Shown here: in pieces, positions 29,109-38,349 of the stretch
Layout of the letters: every line of letters begins with the position of its first letter
Position numbering within the stretch: the first letter of the stretch is position 1
DNA from: Candidatus Nanohalarchaeota archaeon
GTDB lineage: Archaea; Nanohalarchaeota; Nanosalinia; Nanosalinales; Nanosalinaceae
DNA length: 64,000 bases
Assembly: GCA_022729235.1 (NCBI GenBank)
Contig: JALDAJ010000001.1
Span: 320,001 to 384,000, forward strand
Direction of reading: 5' to 3'
Position numbers and translations under genes: made by a program
The notes under the pieces: model-generated
What the model was told of the DNA's origin: nothing
Seen by the model: only the letters and a program-made list of their open reading frames with translations
The model's database searches: none

Positions 29109-30464
29109 TCACCCCAGTGCTTCTAAAGACCATACCATGCTGGAATCGAAGTCATTGTAAACATCAACACTCACGACCTCTGTCATCTCTTCCTCCGTCA
29201 CACTGTAAATCACCAGTTTTCCGTCTTGAACCACTGCCAGCTCATCGTTCCCGTCACCAGTGTAGTCAAACGTTTTCGCAGTGTAAAACGCCTCGAAGCT
29301 GTTCGAGAACCTTTCCGTGTACAGGTCTTCCATCGTTTCAGCTTTTACAACGTGAGCGAGGCTGTCCGATGACAGCGCGGCAACAAGGTTGCCTTCATCC
29401 CGCTCGATGAGGAACGGATAGAAATTCCGGACCGTGTCAGGCGACACCACCTGGTCATCCTCTACGAGCGATTCACCGTCAAACCGGTACTTTATCAGGG
29501 AGGCGTCGTTATTGTAAGGCTCGTCTCTCTGACCGACTCCGCCGATAACCGAGTTGTCTTCAGGATTGATTTTCACCTTCCTGATGTGGCTTTCATCCAG
29601 CTCGCCGGAGCTGTACGTTTTCCACTCTCCATTATCCCGGGTGAATAACTTGACGACACCGCTCTGCTCCTCGTCCCATGTGTTCGGCATCGAGGGCGTC
29701 GCAACTATATCATTCCTGCCGTCACCCGTTACGTCACCGGTCTCGACCTCGTGACTGTATGTGTTGTCGGCGCCGTACTCCTCGCGGTCGATTACCTCTT
29801 TATCCCAGTCACTTGAATCAAAAATCGCGGTTATCCCGTCGAAATGCGTCGTCACCAGCACCTCATTCACGCCGTCTCCGTCAACATCCGCGACATCGAT
29901 ATCACGTATCCTGTCGTCCAGCTGTCCGATTATCTCGTAACTGACCTCTGCATTTTCTCCGACCATTCCTCCTAACAGGTATCCGCTGTCATAGGTTCCA
30001 GCGTAGAAGTCGTACTCCGATTCGTCGCCCGCCTTCTCTATCGTGTGAACGGTCAGTTCGCCCTCTACCTGCGTTGAAATAATCTCTCCCCCGCTGAGCG
30101 CGACGATGTTGCCCTCGGAGACATCCTGGTCAATGACCGCGAGATAAACACGCTCAAGCTGTCTCTCGATCCCTTCCTGGCTGACAAGAGGTAGTCTATC
30201 AGCCATCTCCAGCATCCTGTATACCATTCCCCGGTCTTCACTCTCCTGCTCGCTCTTCGCCTTCAAAAGCTCGGACTCGCCGATGAGAAACGTGAAGTCC
30301 TCGACACTCTCCGCGTCGTACGACTCCTTGACGATAGATTCCTCCTCGCCCGATGACAGGCTCCAAAAAACCAGCAGAACTCCCAGTGAAATGAGCATGA
30401 AGCCCAGAACCAGCTGCAGATTAGAGGAGAACACCGTGTCCATGAATCTCTTTTCCCCGCGCAC
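29109..30464 (-). CDS. Membrane-anchored FG-GAP/VCBS beta-propeller protein
   Basis: DVDGDGVNEV, DVTGDGRNDI and DYTGDGNDEL Ca-binding loops, plus an N-terminal TM. Confidence 0.8.
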   Translation of the reverse strand: MRGEKRFMDTVFSSNLQLVLGFMLISLGVLLVFWSLSSGEEESIVKESYDAESVEDFTFLIGESELLKAKSEQESEDRGMVYRMLEMADRLPLVSQEGIERQLERVYLAVIDQDVSEGNIVALSGGEIISTQVEGELTVHTIEKAGDESEYDFYAGTYDSGYLLGGMVGENAEVSYEIIGQLDDRIRDIDVADVDGDGVNEVLVTTHFDGITAIFDSSDWDKEVIDREEYGADNTYSHEVETGDVTGDGRNDIVATPSMPNTWDEEQSGVVKLFTRDNGEWKTYSSGELDESHIRKVKINPEDNSVIGGVGQRDEPYNNDASLIKYRFDGESLVEDDQVVSPDTVRNFYPFLIERDEGNLVAALSSDSLAHVVKAETMEDLYTERFSNSFEAFYTAKTFDYTGDGNDELAVVQDGKLVIYSVTEEEMTEVVSVDVYNDFDSSMVWSLEALG

Positions 30465-30497
30465 CTGTTTAAATCATGACCTGACAGAAGCAAGAAA

Positions 30498-30584
30498 CGC
30501 CGGGGCGGGCACGAAATTCTCTGGAGAATTTCTGGAGCAGAAGTTCTCTGTGGAGAACTTCAAGATTTGAACCCGTCAAATCCC
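30498..30584 (-). repeat. Degenerate copy of a tRNA 3' end interrupted by tandem hairpins
   Basis: CGCCGGGGCGGG and GATTTGAACCCG resemble the tRNA 3' end. They flank two hairpins at 30513-30532 and 30540-30561. Confidence 0.55.
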
Positions 30585-30600
30585 AACGAGGCGCTAAAAG

Positions 30601-30690
30601 CGTCGGGGGCGGGATTTGAACCCGCGTGGGAGCATTGCACCCCCAGTGGCTTAGCAAGCCACCGCAATGGCCAGGCTATGCGACCCCGAC
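30601..30690 (-). tRNA. tRNA-Ser(GCT)
   Basis: Acceptor stem GTCGGGG/CCCCGAC plus discriminator G. Anticodon arm GTGGC-TTGCTAA-GCCAC, long variable arm, T-arm GCGGG-TTCAAAT-CCCGC. CCA is not encoded. Confidence 0.95.
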
Positions 30691-30823
30691 ACGCAGTATG
30701 GAAAAGTAGGCGTGCAAATGTTTAAAATCCCTGAGTTAGTGGTTGAATATTTGCTATAAAAAGAGGTAGTCGCTAAGATGGAAACAAGAAGATAAAAAAG
30801 ATTAACTATCTTCTAGTGACACC

Positions 30824-31228
30824 ATGAAACGTCGAAGATTTCTGGAATTAGCTGGCGGAACAGGATCTGTGACCCTTGCAGGATGTATTGAAACTGATCC
30901 TCTCTGTAAAGACTATGAGCTTCACACCGATTCTTTGAATGGTCGCCAAGAACGAAAAATCAATTCTGAAGAAGGCACTGCTATCTTCAAACTACTATCA
31001 GTATCTGAAGATGAAGTCGCAAGGATGTATATAGAGGATGAAAGTACGGGAGAGTATCAAGTACATGAATTTGAGGATGGTCAGTACGATTTAGAAGATA
31101 TAACAGATGGCAGAATAGACTATCTACCGGATTTAGTGGTTAGTGACGTGAGAACCGAGGAGTACGCTCTGACCTTAGAAGATGACGGCATTATGGATTT
31201 CCACTTCGATCACAGTGGCCCTTGCTAA
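30824..31228 (+). CDS. Small Tat-type lipoprotein
   Basis: MKRRRFLELAGGTGSVTLAGC signal and lipobox. Confidence 0.8.
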   Translation: MKRRRFLELAGGTGSVTLAGCIETDPLCKDYELHTDSLNGRQERKINSEEGTAIFKLLSVSEDEVARMYIEDESTGEYQVHEFEDGQYDLEDITDGRIDYLPDLVVSDVRTEEYALTLEDDGIMDFHFDHSGPC

Positions 31229-31322
31229 GAGCCTAAAACGAATCAGTTCTATGAAGTGCAAGCTATCTACCAAGTTATTTAAATTTCTGGAGGGTTATTC
31301 TGGGTTAGAGGTCAAGAAAACT

Positions 31323-31613
31323 ATGGCGGAAAATATAACCGACTTTTCAGACATCACCGACAAAGACGTCTTCACGAGAAACGGTTCCTACTGCGGAAAG
31401 CTGAAGGATGTAGAGCTTAACCTTGGTAAGTTCGGCGTCCGTGCGGTTGTTGTAGGCGCGAAAAAAGGTTCTTACCTGGCTCAAAAGGTAGGCGGTGCAA
31501 AGAATGTCGTCATCCCTTACAACATGGTTGAGGCGCTGGATGACGTTATCATAATCAAGGACTTCCAGACATCAGAAATGGGAGAGGAAACAGAGACGGC
31601 GGAAACTGCTTAA
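31323..31613 (+). CDS. PRC-barrel protein, CdpB-like (archaeal cell division)
   Basis: Start at ATG 31323. ITDKDVFTRNGSYCGKLKDV...VVIPYNMVEALDDVIII fits the PRC-barrel/CdpB pattern. Confidence 0.8.
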   Translation: MAENITDFSDITDKDVFTRNGSYCGKLKDVELNLGKFGVRAVVVGAKKGSYLAQKVGGAKNVVIPYNMVEALDDVIIIKDFQTSEMGEETETAETA

Positions 31614-31638
31614 AAGAACCGAGCTTTAACCTTCTATC

Positions 31639-31938
31639 ATGGTACTGGAGCTACTGGTAACAGTCTTATACGAGACAGTCCAGCATTCATGGGCGATCGC
31701 CACAGTTGCTCTAAAATACGTACTCCTTGTTTCTGTAGTAGGTCTGGGCTACCGTAGAGAGCTTGATGCGACTACATTTATCGAGATTATCGAAAAGTAT
31801 TCCCGAGAGACCGTTACTGCGATAGTTGTGCTTGGGTTCCTGTTCGCGATGGTAGATACGAAGCCCGAGCCGGTATTCAGAGTTTTGAGCGAGATAGTTG
31901 CGCTGGCATATTTCGCATTCCTTTTCTGGCGCTTCTAG
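31639..31938 (+). CDS. Small membrane protein
   Basis: 99 aa with about 3 hydrophobic segments. Confidence 0.65.
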   Translation: MVLELLVTVLYETVQHSWAIATVALKYVLLVSVVGLGYRRELDATTFIEIIEKYSRETVTAIVVLGFLFAMVDTKPEPVFRVLSEIVALAYFAFLFWRF

Positions 31939-32264
31939 TTCAGTTTCTCCTTTATCTGTTCGTGCCAGGCATCAAGCGCATCCTCTGTGATATCCCTGAT
32001 CTCGTCCATCGGTAAAGCAGTGTAAACGTAGTAAACGGTCTTGTCAGTCTTACCCTCTCTCATAACCAGGTCCTTGTCGAGCATGTCCTGTAGTGCGCGC
32101 TGTACCGTGGATCGGTTCCGGTTAACTCTGGATGCGAGTTCCTGGACGGTGAGTTTGGCATCACGTAATTCATCAAAAGCATCCTGCTGGAGATTATTAA
32201 GGTCGAAAACATCGAAAACGATTTCCTCCTCATCCTTCCCGTCCAGATCAAGAAAGTCCATCAT
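31935..32264 (-). CDS. wHTH transcriptional regulator (TrmB-like)
   Basis: LTVQELASRVNRNRSTVQRALQDMLDKDLVMRE...YYVY. Confidence 0.85.
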   Translation of the reverse strand: MMDFLDLDGKDEEEIVFDVFDLNNLQQDAFDELRDAKLTVQELASRVNRNRSTVQRALQDMLDKDLVMREGKTDKTVYYVYTALPMDEIRDITEDALDAWHEQIKEKLN

Positions 32265-32293
32265 CTAGAACATAGGATAATCAAGCATAAAAA

Positions 32294-32491
32294 TCAGCCC
32301 CCTGCGATGACATCAAGAATCTTTATCTCATCGCCTTCCTTAAGCTCGTGCTTCCCTGATATCACCGTGCCGTTTCTGGACACCAGTACTTCTTCTCGTT
32401 CTATACCTTCCTGATCCAGTAAATCCGATACCGTCGAGCTTCCTTCCAGTTTTACCTCTCTCTCGACCTCTTCTTCGAGGTCGTCTCTCAC
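32294..32491 (-). CDS. MoaD/ThiS-family ubiquitin-like SAMP
   Basis: Beta-grasp pattern TVSDLL...VSRNG...LKEGDEIKIL with a C-terminal GG. Confidence 0.9.
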   Translation of the reverse strand: MRDDLEEEVEREVKLEGSSTVSDLLDQEGIEREEVLVSRNGTVISGKHELKEGDEIKILDVIAGG

Positions 32492-32808
32492 TAGCGTGAC
32501 CCTGATCCCGGATCACCTCTCTCCTCGATTCTCCTCTCGTATTTTTCCATCGCCGCCTCGAGCGCGTCCTCCACGCTGATGTCGAAACCGTTAGCGACCG
32601 CAAGAAGCGAGAACATCACGTCACCTATCTCATCTTTCTTTACTTCCATCTCTTCCGGCGATAATCCGTAGTCGGAGGACTTCGTGACATCCTTTGCGAC
32701 CTCTCCTACTTCCGAAACAAGATCGAGAATTCTGAACTCCAGTTCCGAATCCATGTCATGACGAGCCATGAACTCTTCAACCTTCTCCTGATGCGCTCCT
32801 AGTTCCAT
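32491..32808 (-). CDS. MazG-like NTP pyrophosphohydrolase
   Basis: LVSEVGEVAK...DEIGDVMFSL...AMEKYERR. Confidence 0.9.
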   Translation of the reverse strand: MELGAHQEKVEEFMARHDMDSELEFRILDLVSEVGEVAKDVTKSSDYGLSPEEMEVKKDEIGDVMFSLLAVANGFDISVEDALEAAMEKYERRIEERGDPGSGSR

Positions 32809-32843
32809 GTACCTGTTTTACCGTTAATCAATAAAAATAGGTT

Positions 32844-33017
32844 TCACTCATTGCCCTTGACGCCATAGGCATACGCGTAAACGCCGGCTACTCCTCCCAC
32901 GAGCGTAGCGTAGAAAACTGTCAACGCAGACATCTGGAATATAATCGCGCCCTCGCCGAGGATAGCCATGCCCAGTAGTGCGGACGCGGCGTACTTGTGT
33001 TCCTCTGATACGTCCAT
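32844..33017 (-). CDS. Small 57-aa membrane protein (not in the ORF track)
   Basis: Manual translation MDVSEEHKYAASALLGMAILGEGAIIFQMSALTVFYATLVGGVAGVYAYAYGVKGNE. GAGGTGA lies upstream. Confidence 0.6.
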   Translation of the reverse strand: MDVSEEHKYAASALLGMAILGEGAIIFQMSALTVFYATLVGGVAGVYAYAYGVKGNE

Positions 33018-33032
33018 AAACCTCGTTTCACC

Positions 33033-33896
33033 TCATACTTCAAGTATTTCCTGTCGCGCAGCGTGGAAAAGATACTCCTGCGCATAACCCGAGTAATCGC
33101 CGAAATAGGACCTCAGATTATGGGATGTCTTCTGGTAGTCCTCAGAATGCAAATCAGGATAATGCTGCTTCACCGCTTTCTGCGCCCAGGTATCGATAGG
33201 GTACGCCTCCAGAAAGTTGAGCGAGAACAAGAGTACGCAGTCCGCCACCTTATCGCCTACCCCGTGAAGCGCCTTCAGTTCTTCCCACGCCTCCTCGTAG
33301 TCTAAATCCTTCATCTCTTCCGGATCAACGACTCCCTCCTGCAGCATCTCTACTGTTTCGACTATGTATTTCGCCCGGTAACCGATACCGAGTTCTCTCA
33401 GCTCTTCCTCTGTCGCTTCCGAAAGCTCCTCCAGCGACGGAAACCTGAAAAGCTCGTTTCCGTCGACCTCTAAGGTTTCCCCGTACTTCCTCGCCATAGA
33501 GTTATGCATCGCCTTTATCCGCGGAATCCTCATCTGCGGCGAGCACAGGTAGCTGATCAGGCACGGGAAGAACTCATCCTGGACAATCCGGAGACCCCAG
33601 AGCTCTTCCTTTGCAAGATCCAGCATCCTGTCCTCAGGAAAAGTGGAGAAAATCTCTTCTAGATTGTAATCAAGTCCCAGCGCCTTTTTCACCTCTTCTC
33701 GTGAGAGTTCAGTCTCGACGAACAGCGTGTCGCCTTCCTGCTCGACAATCAGAGGTTCGCCTTTCCTAACAGTGTAGAATCTCGAACCTCCCTCGCCATA
33801 GAGCTCGCCGTCAATCCTGTGCCAGCAGAAGGTCTGCCCACAGGTCATCGTCAACTCGAGATCAAAGTCTTCAGCAGGAATCGAGAACTGGTTCAT
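33033..33896 (-). CDS. 8-oxoguanine DNA glycosylase (OGG1-type HhH-GPD)
   Basis: DLELTMTCGQTFCW, GIGYRAKYI, GVGDKVADCVLL, YPIDTW and GYAQEYLF motifs. Start moved to MNQFS at 33896. Confidence 0.9.
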   Translation of the reverse strand: MNQFSIPAEDFDLELTMTCGQTFCWHRIDGELYGEGGSRFYTVRKGEPLIVEQEGDTLFVETELSREEVKKALGLDYNLEEIFSTFPEDRMLDLAKEELWGLRIVQDEFFPCLISYLCSPQMRIPRIKAMHNSMARKYGETLEVDGNELFRFPSLEELSEATEEELRELGIGYRAKYIVETVEMLQEGVVDPEEMKDLDYEEAWEELKALHGVGDKVADCVLLFSLNFLEAYPIDTWAQKAVKQHYPDLHSEDYQKTSHNLRSYFGDYSGYAQEYLFHAARQEILEV

Positions 33897-33921
33897 GAAG
33901 AATAAGAGATTGCCAATTATT

Positions 33922-34515
33922 TTAACTTCCAGAATCGATTTCAACCCTACTTCTGATTTCAGAGGCGACATCGTCTAAAAGCTCTTCTAGAGACTCTTGT
34001 CCCATTACAGACAGGTCTACGTCACTTCTCATCATCAGGTCTTTTTCCTCTCTGGAGCTTAAGTAGTTCTCATCGTAGCCGAACTCCTCTTCCAGACTAC
34101 AAGCTAGTGCCGCCTTAGCTCTCTCTGCAAAGTACTCGGATACAAGATACTCGCCATATCTTTCAAGCCGTTCTTCTGACCTCTTGGTAAGCTCCTGTAC
34201 CTCTAGTAGAACTTCTAATCTGCGTGACTTTACCGTTTGCCCCAGCCAGTGCCCTATCTCATGCGCCAGAACCTCCTTACTAGGCTCTTCAATAGCTATC
34301 CTTTCCTCATCCGGAATATACATTGCCTCAGTACCGGCTATATAGTAAGCTATAGCATCGTGACTGAAACCTTTGGACGCGTAGTATTCAGCAAGCTTCT
34401 TCCTGTCCCCAACGGTCATCTCATCTATTTCTGGATATCCGCATCTAGGAAAGCCAGATTGTATAGTAGTTCTGACTTCCTCAGACCACCCAAACAAATC
34501 ATCAGCGATTGACAT
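33922..34515 (-). CDS. Zincin-like HExxH protein
   Basis: VLAHEIGHW with a downstream EYFAE third-ligand-like motif. Confidence 0.65.
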   Translation of the reverse strand: MSIADDLFGWSEEVRTTIQSGFPRCGYPEIDEMTVGDRKKLAEYYASKGFSHDAIAYYIAGTEAMYIPDEERIAIEEPSKEVLAHEIGHWLGQTVKSRRLEVLLEVQELTKRSEERLERYGEYLVSEYFAERAKAALACSLEEEFGYDENYLSSREEKDLMMRSDVDLSVMGQESLEELLDDVASEIRSRVEIDSGS

Positions 34516-34544
34516 ATAGAAACCGAGAAAAATTAATCTTTTAC

Positions 34545-34715
34545 CTATTCTTTCGTAAACTTGAAGAATCCCGTGCCCTCGTCCGCCGGCTTTTTCTTCG
34601 TCTTCTTCGCGTCTCGTTTGAGGTAGCTTCTACCGCAGCGGTGACACTCCACGCGTTTCCTCGCCTTGGACCGTTGCTTGAACCCGCAGTCAGGGCACTG
34701 GTAGTAGACAGGCAT
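34545..34715 (-). CDS. Small CPxCG zinc-finger protein (56 aa, not in the ORF track)
   Basis: Manual translation MPVYYQCPDCGFKQRSKARKRVECHRCGRSYLKRDAKKTKKKPADEGTGFFKFTKE. Confidence 0.75.
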   Translation of the reverse strand: MPVYYQCPDCGFKQRSKARKRVECHRCGRSYLKRDAKKTKKKPADEGTGFFKFTKE

Positions 34716-34777
34716 ACCTTACATTTGACAGGTAACGGTGAAAAACCTTAATATTAGTGATAATAAAACGGTTTTTG

Positions 34778-35068
34778 ATGAAGAAATCGATTATAAAGGG
34801 TTCAGCAGTAGGAATAGTATTTACAGGTCTCTCATATATCGTCGTAAGATTTATAGGTTTCAAATGGGAGAGTCTTACAGTTTTGATGTATCTCTACGTT
34901 GTTCTCGGCGTTTTAATGGCTGTTATATCCGAGACAGACAACCTAAGTCAGGATTTAGGAGGTATTTTGGACAGGATAGTAGTGGTTGTTGAGGGCGAAG
35001 AACTGGAGCTGAAGAAGCTTGTTTCCGGGGAAAAATATAGGGTGAAAGGAGAGCTAGAGAAGCTCTAG
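34778..35068 (+). CDS. Small 2-TM membrane protein
   Basis: Starts MKKSIIKG, has two hydrophobic segments, and is AT-richer than its neighbours. Confidence 0.55.
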   Translation: MKKSIIKGSAVGIVFTGLSYIVVRFIGFKWESLTVLMYLYVVLGVLMAVISETDNLSQDLGGILDRIVVVVEGEELELKKLVSGEKYRVKGELEKL

Positions 35069-35943
35069 TAGCTCTCCTCGGCGACTTTTACACCTTCAGT
35101 GTCGTAGAGTGTTGCTGTGTCACCACCAGTATTCCAGAGTATTCCTGAATTAAACTCTGCTGGCTCTACGGCATCACCTACTTCATCCGAGCTGCTGGTG
35201 TAGACGTGAAGCGATTCACGCGGCTCGAGAACCACATTCCCGAACTCATGTGAGTAATAGCCGTCTGTAAGCTCCCAGCCGTTAAGGTTCACTTCTTCGA
35301 ACTCGTTGTTGACCAGTACGGCGTGCTGTCTGTCGTTGTCACCGAAGCCTCCGGCAGTCGACTCATTTGCCACAATCTCTACATTAGGAAGCTCCTGTTG
35401 CCTGATCCTTTCGCTTTTATCTTCCAGTTCCTCCTTCTTCTCTTCTAGAATCGGTCTGAGTTCGTGTCGGATTCTCTCTATCTCCTGCCTGTCAGAACCC
35501 GAGAACTGTGTTTTCTCCGCACCGTTCCTGGTCTCTGTCTTCAGTTCTCCATACGGCGTTGAGACTTTCTCGACCTCGGCATCACTTGATTCAACAACCT
35601 TCAGAGTCCCTTTTGATGTGGTGAGAGTCCACTCTGTTCTAGAGGGATGTCTATCGACCTCCAGCTCCGATGTGGGATCTTCTATCGACGCGCTCGCAGA
35701 GTCCGAAGTTATCGATGTCGTGAACTCGCTGAACGCAGTCTTTATAGAAGCCTGGAAGCTGTCCGGAGAGGTGGACCTTGTAACTTTTTCCGGCACATCT
35801 CCCTGGGCGTCTACGTCCGGCATACCTGCAGATATATCTTCTGAAAAGCTTTCAGACATATCAACAGAGCTTGAAGCTGCCGGAACAGCCATTAATCCTA
35901 CAAGTACCGATGCAGCAATTGCTGCGTGATATATAGATGTCAT
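35065..35943 (-). CDS. Secreted lamin-tail-domain (LTD) protein
   Basis: Signal peptide, then VNLNGWELTD...LEPRESLHVYT...LWNTGGDTATLYD. Confidence 0.8.
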   Translation of the reverse strand: MTSIYHAAIAASVLVGLMAVPAASSSVDMSESFSEDISAGMPDVDAQGDVPEKVTRSTSPDSFQASIKTAFSEFTTSITSDSASASIEDPTSELEVDRHPSRTEWTLTTSKGTLKVVESSDAEVEKVSTPYGELKTETRNGAEKTQFSGSDRQEIERIRHELRPILEEKKEELEDKSERIRQQELPNVEIVANESTAGGFGDNDRQHAVLVNNEFEEVNLNGWELTDGYYSHEFGNVVLEPRESLHVYTSSSDEVGDAVEPAEFNSGILWNTGGDTATLYDTEGVKVAEESY

Positions 35944-36098
35944 ATTTAGTTATAATACTACACTCTTCTTATAAAACTTTTCGGATTTATACAGCCTACA
36001 AAAACTATAAAATCTCTTTAAACATCAAAAAACTATTTTAAACCGTTTTTATATGCAAAAAATCCATATAAAGAGTTTTCAATACATATAATATCCAT

Positions 36099-37277
36099 TT
36101 ACATCAGACCAGTATAGAAAGCTATAGCCGGGACCAGAAGTACAGCCATGCACGGTGCGCGCTCGCCGCTTAATAGGGCAGCGTAACCTATACAGGTGGC
36201 GGTGAAAAACACCAGGAGCCCCGGAACACCAGTCAGGTACAGAGTTGATGCAGCAAGAACTAGAGCCACCACGTAGAAGATTTTCGCGAAGTCAACCACA
36301 CCGAGAGCCCTCACAAACAATCTAGAGGTCTTGAAAGCGATCAGGGAAGATACCGCGACCGCTACAAGAGAAAGTCCCGCGAGGAACATCACGGTGTAAG
36401 CACCTATCTCGGATATGCTAGCGAGCGCGACCGACGCCCCAGACCGGCTCTTACCGATCATATACAGGGCGAGAAACGAAGTGATTATATCTGACGTATT
36501 GACTCCTCCCATACCCGCAAGGAACTCTCTACGTGAAGACATGATGGGTGCGAGAAAAGAAGTCGAAACCGCCGCACCCAGACCAGGAAATATCCCTGCA
36601 ACGAGACCTGCAAGGAAGCCCGCAATACCGCCTCTGAAAGACTCTCCCGGTTCAAGAGCTACTTCTCGCTGGTCAGGGATATCAAAGCCCGATCTTAATG
36701 CATGTATAACCGCAGGCATCGCGAAAAGCCCTGAAAAAATAGGGACGAGTACGAACTGCTGGTTGACCTGCATGGTAAAAGAGATAACACCCAGCAGCCC
36801 GGAAAGCATAGCGACAACCGCAGAGAACCGGACGTTACTCCTGAAGACTATGAAGAACAGGAAGAATGCCAGCAGATACTCCATAACATCTTCCAGAACG
36901 CCATAAACAGACTCAAGAAAGAGCAGCAGAAACGGCATAGCCAGAGTTAGCGCAATAATCGAGAGCGCACCACCGACAACAGTGTAGTCGAAAGCCTCCA
37001 GCCCTCTCCCGTCAATCGCCATCTCAGTCCCAGGAGGAGACGATAACGCAGTTTCCGCCTCAGGAGCACCGAGAAAAATCGCAGGCAGGAAATCGTGGAA
37101 CGTGTGCGAAACCGATAGACCGGCGACAAGACTCATATAAACCATGAAATCGATATCAAAACCAAAATAAACCGGTAAAGTAGTGAAAACAACTGTATTA
37201 GGATGAATACCAGGAATAAGACCTGTAAAAATACCTATAGTTATTCCAATGCCTAAAAACACCAGGTATTCGAGCAT
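36099..37277 (-). CDS. TctA-family (DUF112) permease-like protein
   Basis: GIFTGLIPGIHPN, HTFHDFLPAIFLGAP and GIFPGLGAA motifs. Confidence 0.85.
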   Translation of the reverse strand: MLEYLVFLGIGITIGIFTGLIPGIHPNTVVFTTLPVYFGFDIDFMVYMSLVAGLSVSHTFHDFLPAIFLGAPEAETALSSPPGTEMAIDGRGLEAFDYTVVGGALSIIALTLAMPFLLLFLESVYGVLEDVMEYLLAFFLFFIVFRSNVRFSAVVAMLSGLLGVISFTMQVNQQFVLVPIFSGLFAMPAVIHALRSGFDIPDQREVALEPGESFRGGIAGFLAGLVAGIFPGLGAAVSTSFLAPIMSSRREFLAGMGGVNTSDIITSFLALYMIGKSRSGASVALASISEIGAYTVMFLAGLSLVAVAVSSLIAFKTSRLFVRALGVVDFAKIFYVVALVLAASTLYLTGVPGLLVFFTATCIGYAALLSGERAPCMAVLLVPAIAFYTGLM

Positions 37278-37327
37278 ATTTACAGGGAGCCATCACGGAT
37301 ATAAAAAACACGCTTGAATGTAAACCC

Positions 37328-37639
37328 ATGTTTGGCGGCAAAGACATGTCGAAGATGATGAAACAGATGGGGATGGACCTCGAAGAAATCGATGCAGACA
37401 AAGTAGAAGTAACGGCGGGTGACAAGAAACTGGTTTTCCACTCGCCTGACCTGTCCAAGATAGAGGCGCAGGGACAGGAGATCTTCCAGCTACAGGGCGA
37501 CTACACCGAAGAATCAGCAGGCGTCCCAGACGAAGACGTTGAACTCGTCATGGACAAGACAGGCGCGAGCGAGGAAGAAGCCCGCGAAGCTCTTGAAGGT
37601 ACGGACGACGTCGCTGAAGCCGTAATGGAGCTTCAGTAG
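37328..37639 (+). CDS. nac: Nascent polypeptide-associated complex protein
   Basis: MMKQMGMD...QGQEIFQLQG...DVELVMDKTGASEEEAREAL...DVAEAVM. Confidence 0.95.
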   Translation: MFGGKDMSKMMKQMGMDLEEIDADKVEVTAGDKKLVFHSPDLSKIEAQGQEIFQLQGDYTEESAGVPDEDVELVMDKTGASEEEAREALEGTDDVAEAVMELQ

Positions 37640-37817
37640 CGTACTATAGAATTTTAAGAAAGATATTCAAAGAATAGTCTACAAGTACGCTATAAAGGTG
37701 TAATTTATCTCTGAACACCACGACATCCTTACTAAGGCTATAAACAAGGAGCTTCACAGGATAAGCGATAAGAAAACAGACTCTTCTTCTTTCAAATCCT
37801 CAAATATACGTTACCGG

Positions 37818-38348
37818 ATGAATGTCAGTGGTAAAACGTATAATGTACAGATAGGTGCGTTCAATCACGATCCCTTTGTCAGGATGTTCAAACAGATTCA
37901 AGAGGACTTCAAAGGCAAAACCGAGAGTTATGACGAATTCCTGCTGGAGAGACTTGAAAAAGTAGCTGTACAGGCAATTCTTTCTAAAGACTCTGAAGTT
38001 TTGAATTCCATTCATAGACTTATCGAGAAAATCCGGGAAATAAAGGAAGTTGATGACTTTGGTTCAGAACTACTGAACCGGATGTACTATCCTGCTTCCG
38101 TAGCAGTCTATATCCCTCGTTTTCCGCGAGCCAGAAAAATTAATTTCCTAGATAATTTACTTCAGAAAAGAGTTACTCCCGACTCAGTATCCATACACTT
38201 CGAGGGAGACAAAATCGGGGAAGTAGAGTCAAACATATTCACGCTCATTCCCGGCAATTACCGGATAGAAGCAATCTACGATGAGAACGAATATCAGTTA
38301 CAGAAAGAGATTTCGGGATCATCTGTTCTCATGCTGAACAAGAAATAA
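37818..38348 (+). CDS. Hypothetical protein
   Basis: 176-aa, AT-richer ORF. The frame stays open upstream to 37704. Confidence 0.55.
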   Translation: MNVSGKTYNVQIGAFNHDPFVRMFKQIQEDFKGKTESYDEFLLERLEKVAVQAILSKDSEVLNSIHRLIEKIREIKEVDDFGSELLNRMYYPASVAVYIPRFPRARKINFLDNLLQKRVTPDSVSIHFEGDKIGEVESNIFTLIPGNYRIEAIYDENEYQLQKEISGSSVLMLNKK

Positions 38349-38349
38349 T

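Noticed and set aside
30498-30584. A second functional tRNA, or an intact attR with a provirus
   Set aside because: There is no D or anticodon arm, the acceptor strand is one base short, and no integrase is nearby.
30469-30657. 62-aa ORF, and 30283..30570
   Set aside because: They overlap the tRNA-Ser, the hairpin region or the FG-GAP gene and show no protein features.
31182-31322. N-terminal extension of the PRC-barrel ORF (similar extensions at 10208, 19384, 33971, 53705 and 56855)
   Set aside because: The extensions overlap neighbouring genes or promoters; domain boundaries and SD/TATA positions favour the downstream starts.
35944-36098. AT-rich intergenic stretch as a replication origin
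   Set aside because: No ORB-like repeats or cdc6/orc1 are adjacent; it fits a promoter/terminator region.
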